Assembly: GCA_023700255.1 (NCBI GenBank)
Contig: JAJPRD010000005.1
Span: 2,077 to 66,076, forward strand
Reading direction: 5' to 3'
Length of the DNA: 64,000 nt
Source of the DNA: Candidatus Thalassarchaeaceae archaeon
Lineage (GTDB): Archaea; Thermoplasmatota; Poseidoniia; Poseidoniales; Thalassarchaeaceae
A model generated the notes under the pieces. The model did no database searches. It was not told the DNA's origin and was given only the letters and a program-made list of their open reading frames with translations. The translations under genes were made by a program, and so were the position numbers. Positions within the stretch are counted from its first letter, which is position 1. Every line of letters starts with the position of its first letter. Below are positions 9,701 through 16,963 of this stretch, one piece after another.

Positions 9701-9971
9701 CTATACTGCTGAAGCATTCGATTCAGTTGTTATAATGGCTCTATCAGCTTTCGCACAGATGGCATCACCAGGTGCATCTCTAAGCCAAGTTATTATGGCT
9801 ACAGGGCAAGGCGTCGCAGGTGCTAGTGGAGATATTTCTTTCCTAGCAAACGGGGATGTGCCAGGAGCAGGATACTGTGTAGGTGTTTTCACTGAATCTG
9901 CAGATGCAGTTTCATTTGATTGTACACGTACATGGGACCCAGCAAATGGTCTAGTGGATGTTACAGCTTAA
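6798..9971 (+). CDS. Exported, lipobox-bearing multi-domain ABC substrate-binding protein: one PBP2 (SBP_bac_3-like) domain plus two tandem LivJ-like PBP1 domains
   Basis: Signal peptide with AAAFAGCLGG. The SBP_bac_3 motif is MTITDAREEVVDFTRAYY...VQSGTTS...FGIAVR. Two copies of VKIGFLN...ADSGCDG...AQTLIDAGVV.V.GAACSGA.M.ANAVLSA.G.PMISYASTSP.LTD.TAYP.F.RVVPSD occur. Start taken at ATG 6798 (MNNNK) rather than the 6756 ORF start. Confidence 0.85.
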   Translation: MNNNKIIAMMMTLSMLAAAFAGCLGGDDEEDVEDWTLMVASDVNAEFVTSDWDPIIPNLNAATGMCDAILSSMTITDAREEVVDFTRAYYTSAQGVIGATGSVAITDVSELNMAGTTIAVQSGTTSDLYAADNLAAATIQAYADWPSVMAAVADGTAHYAIGDAPVVALQGTLLTTFSPENFGIAVRDDMDNELEDALNVAITALVANGEEAAIFDAWFPGDPNTLVDTSTASTATAYPTPTEGSTLTMILESGSLKFCSDTTYPPFESLDASGNAVGFSVDMGHAIVDEIAEHYANVADTTVLGCTDMDASNYDAAANLDDGSCVEDTIVKIGFLNPITGAISQFAPAFTYAAAAAATDLNTNNNGYTFEIVTADSGCDGTVAAAAAQTLIDAGVVAVAGAACSGASMAANAVLSAAGVPMISYASTSPSLTDSTAYPHFYRVVPSDAIQGQAMNAMVTSTGVTNPALIHMTNSYGAGLADSFESNWGTENLCTKIGYDETATSDFSAAVQSVVDAGCDSVVLASYSTDGAMIIETMAVMGATLPIFGADGIAGEAALGDYTESAVANGVMATKPKAAVGAGTFSADCAADTVCSGGIYQSEVYDSVMMIGAAALMEDGANMGMHIPMVATATSPYAGASGSHQFLDNGDVAGAGYDVCMFAHVPTYGDYFNCQMVWTATGGLEAATFMGATVKIGFLNDATGPIAVYADGFVAASQIALQIANTIGWNSMVQFELVYADSGCDGTAGGVAAQTLIDAGVVGVVGAACSGATMGANAVLSAVGIPMISYASTSPALTDATAYPDFFRVVPSDALQGQALNAVVAADMPADGTVALVHMTNSYGSGLADSFAAAYTASNNTLCTQIGYEETATDFAAAVTAVMDAGCTSVVLVSYAADGAMIVDEMASQEFSGQIYGGDGVAEEGLATDATSTVNGIIATKPSSGTMGTVGYVFASLCGANEACAGGIYTAEAFDSVVIMALSAFAQMASPGASLSQVIMATGQGVAGASGDISFLANGDVPGAGYCVGVFTESADAVSFDCTRTWDPANGLVDVTA
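7785..9971 (+). repeat. Tandem intragenic duplication of about 1.09 kb (units about 7785-8873 and 8874-9971), each encoding one LivJ-like domain
   Basis: Long stretches are also similar at nucleotide level, e.g. gatctcctatgcaagtacaagccc appears in both units. Confidence 0.8.
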
Positions 9972-9990
9972 TTAAGAAATATTTTCTTAA
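9972..9990 (+). promoter_or_regulatory. AT-rich hairpin starting at the second base of the SBP TAA stop codon (9969-9971 read as t-a-a with 9972 following; 8-bp stem, 3-nt loop)
   Basis: ttaagaaa-tat-tttcttaa. Confidence 0.35.
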
Positions 9991-10008
9991 ATATTCTGTA
10001 TACGTAAA

Positions 10009-10037
10009 GCAGTATGGCGGTTTTTCCGCCATACTGC
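10009..10037 (+). terminator. Strong intercistronic hairpin (12-bp perfect stem, TTTTT loop) between the SBP and permease genes
   Basis: gcagtatggcgg-ttttt-ccgccatactgc, read directly from the sequence. Confidence 0.55.
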
Positions 10038-10076
10038 CCTAATCTTTTTCTAAGTTATATATTGGTGCACCAATTG

Positions 10077-13000
10077 ATGGATGCACGCCTCGACTCCATT
10101 CTTTCAAAGTTCGAGTCTTCTAAAAATAATTTCATTTCACCTCGTGGATCAAAAAGAGTATTAATTGCTTTAATATTATTTTTTGATGCAATTGTTCTTG
10201 GACTAATATTTCAGTGGGGATTTCTTAATATAATTGACAAATTACTTGTAAATAAATTACCTAACGATTTTGTGTGGTTAATGCAATTATTAGAATCATT
10301 ATCAGCAGGTTTTCTAGTAATAAAAATATTCTTTGATGATTTAGAGCCAAATATTTTAAGAAATATATTAATATTTACTTCACCTTTATTTATGTTGTTC
10401 GTGATTGGAATCACACTCGATTCTTTGCTCAAAGGGCTGGACACTAGGGCAACAGTCACTTTAGACTTAATTTCTATTAGTACAGGAACTTTGACATGGG
10501 CTTCTACTTATCTAGCAATCGCAATTGGGTTAACGTTAACTTACAAAGTCCAAAGATATGGAAATTTTGCACAATCTGAATTCTTTATGATTGGTATGTA
10601 TCTAGCAATGATTATGGTTTGGAGTGATTATTATTATCCATTATACGATGCCCCAAGAGATGGTGTATTAGTCTATTCATTACTCTTCTGGACACTGATA
10701 GGGGCATTCGTATTAACAGGAATTGCGGGTATAATTATTGATCGCGTGGTTTATCGAGGTTTTCGAAAAGAAAAAGCTTCACCACAAGTGATGATGATTG
10801 CCTCATTAGGCGTAGCATTAATTTTAAGGGCCCTAACATATCTTCGCTTTGGCGCATCCAGGAATATGTTTGAACCCGATGCAGATTGGAGAGTATCTAC
10901 TTTAAGATGGAAATTACCTACCACTAAATTTCGTTTTAATCTTGGGGATCGCAACTTAACTGATGGTAAAACATATACTCATTTTACCTGTGAAGAGACT
11001 GGTATAGATACTACGACCGGAGAGCCAATATTAACACGAATAATAAGTGAAATATCAAGGCCATTATTCGAAATATACAATAAAAATACTGATTGTATCA
11101 CAGGTGCAACAACAAATTATGCTTATTTCAAAGGAATAGTACCTCTAGTAATATTTGCTAGTGTTATATTACTATTTTTATTCTTGAACAAATCAAGATT
11201 AGGTAGGCGTATGAGGGCTGTAGCCGATAATCCTGAATTAGCAGCTAGTAGTGGAATAAATGTAGAACGAATTCAACTAACAAGCGCATTCCTTTCGGCT
11301 GGAATCTCTGGATTAGGAGGGGCAATATTTGCAATTACTTTAAGATTCAACCCCGAAACAGCATTCACTCTCCTGCTTCCTTCATTTGCAGTAATTGTTC
11401 TAGGTACAATAGGTTCAATCTCAGGTGCAATAATAGCTTCTTTAATTGTTGGATTTGTACGTGCACTTTCATCACCAATTTTGATTGGTATTGGGCTACC
11501 ATTAGGGCGCTCAAACTATACTGCATTAGATGGAGTAATGCCATTTATTTTCTTGGTTGCAGTACTAATGATACTTCCAGAAGGCATTGGAGATGCTTAT
11601 GAGAAGTGGAAAATAGATAGATTGAGAGCAAGAAGAGAAAAAAATATAAAACCTTCTAAAACAATCTATACATTATTAGCTCTATTTCCATTAACAGGAA
11701 TTTTTGGTATCCATCACTGGTATAACAATCGATTTGATAAAACTCAAATTGTAGCATCTATAACCTTAGGTGCATTCATGTACCATAAAATTGCAGGGTT
11801 TGTTGGCAAACAATCGTTTGCAAACGGTTCATGCTCTGATGCATGTTTAAACGACCCAAATATAGAAACAAACTTAGATGTTATAGCCGGTACTGATGGC
11901 GTACTTCAGGCCTCAGATTCTCCTTACTTTATTGACAACGTATCGGATGTTGATTTATCTTGGTTCGAACTAATGCAAACAGAGTTATGGTTTGTTGATA
12001 CTATTATGAATATAGATAACTTCATTTGGCCATTTATTCCAATAATTATGTCTATTATAGCTATATATCAGGGTATTAATTTATATTTAGATAGTAAAAT
12101 ATCGAATTTTATATCACTTAAACTCTCTTCATTTTCAAATCCTCTAACATCAATAAGTGGTAATAATTTAGAAAATAATCAATCACTTCAGAAAATAAAA
12201 TTTGTGTTTACTAATGCCAAATTACGTTGGAGAGAGTTAAACCGTCAACATGAAACAATTCTTAAGAATCTTACAGTAAAAATAAAATCTTTCATATCCT
12301 CTGAAAAAATGCCCTCAATTAAAGATTATATTCCTAAATCCATAACGCCGATCTATGGCAGAGAAAGTCCAAAAGGTTCTTGGATGGCATTCGCAATTTT
12401 AATGATTATATTATTGTCATTTTTATATTGGTTACCTATTGCAGATAATCCAAATTTTTCCTGGAATTATCTTAAAATTGGCCAAGTATCTAATTCATTA
12501 ATTATTGCTTCTATATTTATTTTAATGGCCTTTTCACTTAACCTTCACACTGGAATAACTGGAATGACTAATTTTGGAGTTATTTTCTTTGTTGCTGTTG
12601 GTGCAATAAGCGTGGGAATTCTAACTGCACCAACTGAAGTACATGGCTACGGATGGGGCATATTGCCTGCTACAGTCATGGGGATGTTACTTGCTGCTGC
12701 TTTTGGCTGGGCATTAGCATATCCCACCGCCCGACTGAGAATGGATTATTTCGCTATTGTAACCATTTCTCTTGGGGAAATACTACGTGTATTACTAGCG
12801 GGAGAACCATTACTAAGAGTTGGAACTGTAGGATCTGCAATAGGAATAAATCACTATCCTTTACCATTTAAACAATTATGGTTTTGCGGCCGTGGAGTTG
12901 ATATTGGAACAAATACTAATTATATTAGTGCAGATGCTTGTAGAAATGATGCCACTCTTTTGGGGCCAGCAGATAAAATAGGTGAAATATTAAATCTTGG

Positions 13001-13769
13001 AGAACCCGCTCCATATTCATTTTTATTAGCAATGATGAGCATTATTTCCGTGATACTGGTATGGCGCTTGCTTGAAACTATCTTATCATCACCTTGGGGT
13101 AGAATTTTGAAATCAATAAGGGAAGATGAGGATGTTGCACAACATCATGGTCATGATGTACTAACTCACAAAGCCGCAAGCCTTGCATTGGGAGCTGCGA
13201 TTGCCGGATTGGCAGGTGCTCTCTGGGCATGGAAACTTACAGGTTTTGAACCATCATTCATGTCTCCTGCTAGATCGACATTCTTGGTTTGGGCAGCATT
13301 CATAATTGGAGGTGCTGCAAATAATAAAGGAATGATAATTGGTGCACTAATGTATGCTTTAATGGAATCTGTATTCAACGTTTTAGTTGCGGGTCAAGGC
13401 TCACCAGATTTACCTCTTTACGCTACCGCAGGTAGAATAGACAGATTATTTGAATGGCTAGTAGTAAATCAATGGGATGCAGCTCAAATATTCTTGATAA
13501 TAACACTGTTAGGTTTCATAATCCGTAGTAGAAATATTTCTGAAATAGGTCTTTCTGGTACATTTATTTTTATTATGACATTCGTATTATTTGGACAGAG
13601 GTCTATTGATGAGTCATTCAGTACAGGAATTATTCAAGCAAATATGGCATATGTTAAGTTATTATTAATCGGATTAGTAATGTTACTATCATTGAAATTA
13701 AATCCAAAAGGATTACTTCCTGAAGTTCCATTTAGACCTGATAGAGAATCTAAGGAGGACATTCAATGA
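10077..13769 (+). CDS. Fused branched-chain amino acid-type ABC permease (LivH-like N-half, LivM-like C-half) with a long central insert
   Basis: The N-half has a LivH-like TM core (LTYKVQRYGNFAQSEFFMIGMY; RRMRAVADNPELAASSGINV). The C-half is LivM-like (NLHTGITGMTNFGVIFFVAVGA; GRILKSIREDEDVAQHHGHDV; GAANNKGMIIGA). The ORF start at 10014 lies inside the hairpin, so the ATG at 10077 is preferred. Confidence 0.85.
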   Translation: MDARLDSILSKFESSKNNFISPRGSKRVLIALILFFDAIVLGLIFQWGFLNIIDKLLVNKLPNDFVWLMQLLESLSAGFLVIKIFFDDLEPNILRNILIFTSPLFMLFVIGITLDSLLKGLDTRATVTLDLISISTGTLTWASTYLAIAIGLTLTYKVQRYGNFAQSEFFMIGMYLAMIMVWSDYYYPLYDAPRDGVLVYSLLFWTLIGAFVLTGIAGIIIDRVVYRGFRKEKASPQVMMIASLGVALILRALTYLRFGASRNMFEPDADWRVSTLRWKLPTTKFRFNLGDRNLTDGKTYTHFTCEETGIDTTTGEPILTRIISEISRPLFEIYNKNTDCITGATTNYAYFKGIVPLVIFASVILLFLFLNKSRLGRRMRAVADNPELAASSGINVERIQLTSAFLSAGISGLGGAIFAITLRFNPETAFTLLLPSFAVIVLGTIGSISGAIIASLIVGFVRALSSPILIGIGLPLGRSNYTALDGVMPFIFLVAVLMILPEGIGDAYEKWKIDRLRARREKNIKPSKTIYTLLALFPLTGIFGIHHWYNNRFDKTQIVASITLGAFMYHKIAGFVGKQSFANGSCSDACLNDPNIETNLDVIAGTDGVLQASDSPYFIDNVSDVDLSWFELMQTELWFVDTIMNIDNFIWPFIPIIMSIIAIYQGINLYLDSKISNFISLKLSSFSNPLTSISGNNLENNQSLQKIKFVFTNAKLRWRELNRQHETILKNLTVKIKSFISSEKMPSIKDYIPKSITPIYGRESPKGSWMAFAILMIILLSFLYWLPIADNPNFSWNYLKIGQVSNSLIIASIFILMAFSLNLHTGITGMTNFGVIFFVAVGAISVGILTAPTEVHGYGWGILPATVMGMLLAAAFGWALAYPTARLRMDYFAIVTISLGEILRVLLAGEPLLRVGTVGSAIGINHYPLPFKQLWFCGRGVDIGTNTNYISADACRNDATLLGPADKIGEILNLGEPAPYSFLLAMMSIISVILVWRLLETILSSPWGRILKSIREDEDVAQHHGHDVLTHKAASLALGAAIAGLAGALWAWKLTGFEPSFMSPARSTFLVWAAFIIGGAANNKGMIIGALMYALMESVFNVLVAGQGSPDLPLYATAGRIDRLFEWLVVNQWDAAQIFLIITLLGFIIRSRNISEIGLSGTFIFIMTFVLFGQRSIDESFSTGIIQANMAYVKLLLIGLVMLLSLKLNPKGLLPEVPFRPDRESKEDIQ

Positions 13770-14560
13770 ATTCAGAATCTCATGATAATACTGTTTTGAA
13801 AGTAACAAATCTTCGTAAAGAATTCGGAGGCCTCATTGCTGTTAAAGACGTATCCTTTGAAATTAATAAAGGTGAATTTATAGGTTTGATAGGTCCCAAT
13901 GGTTGTGGTAAATCTACAACCTTTAATTGTATTAGTGGTCTTCTTAATCAGACCTCAGGAAAAGTAGAAATTTATGGCACCGATGCCTCAAAAATGAGGC
14001 CAGATCAAATACATGGATTAGGTATGACTAGGACTTTCCAACATACTAGGTTATGGCGTAAGATGACCGTACTTGAAAATCTATTAGTTCCACCCCGTAA
14101 ACAATTTTCTCCAAATATATTCAAATCTCTATTGATGCCAAATAAAAGCAAAGAAGAGCAAGAAAGATTAAATCAAGCATATGAAATCTTAGATGAATTA
14201 GAGGTCCCCCATATGGCACATAATTTGGCAAGTGAACTTTCAGGCGGCCAATCAAAACTAGTCGATATTGGACGGTCAAGAATGGGCTCACCAAGCCTGT
14301 TATTACTTGATGAGCCAGTAGCAGGAGTAGCTGGACCATTAGCTATGAAGATATTTAATAACCTTAGAAAGACAGTTAATGAAACTGGTATTTCGGTATT
14401 AATAATCGAACATAATATGGATTTTATTTTACGTCAAGGCGTTGATAGGATAATAGTAATGAATGAAGGAGAAGTATTGATGATCGGGACTCCTGATGAA
14501 GTCAAATCAAATAAAGCAGTTATTGCAGCATATCTCGGTGCTGCAGGGGAGGAAGAATAA
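13766..14560 (+). CDS. livG: ABC transporter ATP-binding protein, LivG-like
   Basis: Walker [10 protein letters not shown], signature LSGGQSKL, Walker B LLLLDEP. The start overlaps the permease stop (ATGA). Confidence 0.9.
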   Translation: MNSESHDNTVLKVTNLRKEFGGLIAVKDVSFEINKGEFIGLIGPNGCGKSTTFNCISGLLNQTSGKVEIYGTDASKMRPDQIHGLGMTRTFQHTRLWRKMTVLENLLVPPRKQFSPNIFKSLLMPNKSKEEQERLNQAYEILDELEVPHMAHNLASELSGGQSKLVDIGRSRMGSPSLLLLDEPVAGVAGPLAMKIFNNLRKTVNETGISVLIIEHNMDFILRQGVDRIIVMNEGEVLMIGTPDEVKSNKAVIAAYLGAAGEEE

Positions 14561-14561
14561 T

Positions 14562-15281
14562 ATGACTAGATTATTAGATGTGAAAGGACTCAACGGAGGA
14601 TATGGTAGTGTACAAATTCTTTATGATATAAACATCCACGTTGATGAAGGAGAATTTGTAACTATTATAGGGCCAAATGGATGTGGAAAATCAACTTTTA
14701 TCAAAATTATATTTGGAATTGCTACTCATTATTCTGGGAATATAGAACACGATGGGGACGATGTATCGGGATGGAGGACCGATCAATTAGTAAATAGGGG
14801 AATTGCATATGTTCCACAAGTTGACAATGTATTTCCTTCTTTGACAATATATGAGAATTTACAGATGGGTGGAAATAACTTATCTACCAAAATCCTGAAT
14901 GAAAGAATAGAACGTGCATTAAATATGTTTCCAGATTTAAAAGAAAGGGTCCATGATTTAGCAGCATCACTTTCTGGAGGGGAGCGTCAAATGTTAGCAA
15001 TATCTAGGGCGCTAATCTCTAACCCCAAATTCCTTTTACTCGATGAGCCAACTGCTGCTCTGAGCCCATTATATCAACAACAAATAATAGAAAAGATTGA
15101 TTCTCTTAGGAATGAGGGGATAACAGTGTTAATCGTCGAGCAAAATGCAAGACTTTCACTTGCTCGTTCAGACCGAGGTTATATCTTCGCTGGCGGCAAA
15201 GTAGTTCATACAGGAGACGCTCAAAGTATCTTAAATGATCCAGAAATTGGTGAATATTTCCTTGGAAATAAATCTGAGTAA
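14562..15281 (+). CDS. livF: ABC transporter ATP-binding protein, LivF-like
   Basis: Walker [10 protein letters not shown], signature LSGGERQML, Walker B LLLLDEP. ATG 14562 (MTRLLDVKG) is preferred to the overlapping 14496 start. Confidence 0.9.
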   Translation: MTRLLDVKGLNGGYGSVQILYDINIHVDEGEFVTIIGPNGCGKSTFIKIIFGIATHYSGNIEHDGDDVSGWRTDQLVNRGIAYVPQVDNVFPSLTIYENLQMGGNNLSTKILNERIERALNMFPDLKERVHDLAASLSGGERQMLAISRALISNPKFLLLDEPTAALSPLYQQQIIEKIDSLRNEGITVLIVEQNARLSLARSDRGYIFAGGKVVHTGDAQSILNDPEIGEYFLGNKSE

Positions 15282-15286
15282 TAATT

Positions 15287-16312
15287 TCACTTTGTCAATG
15301 CATCATACATAAATGGAAATGAAATATCCATCCTATAATCTATTGATGAATGGTTATCATCGAATTCTTCATGAATGTGGGAAATTCCCAATTTATTGAG
15401 TTTATCCGATAATTGTCTTGCACCAAAATGAAGATTATATTGGTCCCTAAATCCGCAGTCAATAAATATCCCTTTCAAACTTTTCAAACTCTCTTGAACA
15501 TCCATCCGATCTACCATAAATACAGGATCATGCTTCAACCACGCACTCCATCTCTCTTCATCAAGGACACACGTTCTCAAGTCAACTGGTAGCCTAATTC
15601 CCATTGGAGCATTAGGATCAGGGTCATAAAAAGCACCCATTGCAGTCATCATTAGAACATGAAAATCTTCACCACTCATTTTCTTAACATTCTTTATGTG
15701 ATCAAGAAAATTTTGAATTCCTCCATGTTTTTCTAGATGGGTTACAGATTTAGGAAAATCCCCCAAAAATAATGAATCAAATCCCATATCTCCAGAATGA
15801 CAAGCCAAAGCACCCCAGTGGTCACCATATAACATTCCATGTACGATTGCACCGTATCCTCCACTAGACTTTCCAAACACTCCTCGATTATTTTTACCCT
15901 TTTTTACAGGAAATTGTTTTTCTATTTCGGGAATCATTTCTTCAATTAAAAAATCAGCCCAATTTCCCACTGCAATACTATTGATATATTGATTACCTCC
16001 TAACGTTGTAAAACAATCTGGAAGTGCTATGATGACTTCACCCATTTTACCTTCAGAAATTAGTCTTTCAACCCTTTGAGGTACTGATTCTGCAAATGGT
16101 TTCCAATTAATATGAGCAAGTCCACTGCCTGTAAATCCTACCAAATCTACAAATAAAGGATACTCTTTATCATTTTTATTCCAATTTTCTGGCAAATAGA
16201 CCGCCACTTGTCTACTAGTTGGATCTCCTAGCATATTCCCTTGAAGAGCATCAGATTCTATTGTTATTATTATTATTTCACCATTCAAAGATCCGAATGC
16301 ATGTTTGGGCAA
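15287..16312 (-). CDS. Alpha/beta-hydrolase esterase (esterase D/enterochelin esterase-like family)
   Basis: GxSxG nucleophile elbow in FGKSSGGYGA, plus distal D and H candidates (HEEFDDNHS). Confidence 0.65.
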   Translation of the reverse strand: MPKHAFGSLNGEIIIITIESDALQGNMLGDPTSRQVAVYLPENWNKNDKEYPLFVDLVGFTGSGLAHINWKPFAESVPQRVERLISEGKMGEVIIALPDCFTTLGGNQYINSIAVGNWADFLIEEMIPEIEKQFPVKKGKNNRGVFGKSSGGYGAIVHGMLYGDHWGALACHSGDMGFDSLFLGDFPKSVTHLEKHGGIQNFLDHIKNVKKMSGEDFHVLMMTAMGAFYDPDPNAPMGIRLPVDLRTCVLDEERWSAWLKHDPVFMVDRMDVQESLKSLKGIFIDCGFRDQYNLHFGARQLSDKLNKLGISHIHEEFDDNHSSIDYRMDISFPFMYDALTK

Positions 16313-16313
16313 A

Positions 16314-16751
16314 CTATTCTCTCCTTAATTCTAATTTGACAAAATCGCCATCTCCAGCAACTCTACACATCATATTAGGTCTAATTTCATCATCAAGAAT
16401 TCTTAGATGAATTTCAGCAGTTACTGTGACTACTGCTTTAAATAAATGACCTCCAAGTACTGTATGATTGTCATCACACATTACTATGTGTATGTGAGTA
16501 AAAGTGCCATCTGGACCTGGGCAAAGATTTCCTTGAGTAGATAATAGTTCAACAGGGCCTGTGTAAGTAGTTTTGCGGTATATTCCATCTGAGTCTAAAA
16601 AACCAACTTCTGCATCCTCTATTCTTCCTATTCCACTTGTTATTGCTGCACTAACTATGCCTTCTTTAGCAAGACTTTGTAATGACTGATGAATTTCTTC
16701 TCCGGGATCTAGTCTGACAAAAACGTCTCTATCTGATACAATGTGTTCCAT
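16314..16751 (-). CDS. PPC-domain (DUF296) protein
   Basis: 145 aa. VFVRLDPGEEIHQSLQSLAKEGIVSAAITSGIGRIEDAEVGF...THIHIVMCD is typical of the PPC/DUF296 family. Confidence 0.6.
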   Translation of the reverse strand: MEHIVSDRDVFVRLDPGEEIHQSLQSLAKEGIVSAAITSGIGRIEDAEVGFLDSDGIYRKTTYTGPVELLSTQGNLCPGPDGTFTHIHIVMCDDNHTVLGGHLFKAVVTVTAEIHLRILDDEIRPNMMCRVAGDGDFVKLELRRE

Positions 16752-16963
16752 AATTCGGGATTACCCTCCCTGCTTTGAAGGTCTCGTTGTATTCTTGTAA
16801 TATCGCTGGCAAATTTTAATTTTATCTGCACTAGAACAATTTTAATACCTAACTTTAGTTTACTGTATCGTTTTTATTTTCCAGTGGAAATGAAGGGGTT
16901 GAGGACACATCCAATTTGATTATGTACCCCGCCCATTCTTCGACAAAGCCGGGGAGTGAAATC

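Noticed and set aside
10014-10076. The annotated ORF start of the permease (MAVFPPYCPNLF...).
   Set aside because: The ATG at 10014 lies inside the 12-bp perfect hairpin stem (10009-10037), and the first 21 codons are read through it. The ATG at 10077 is preferred.
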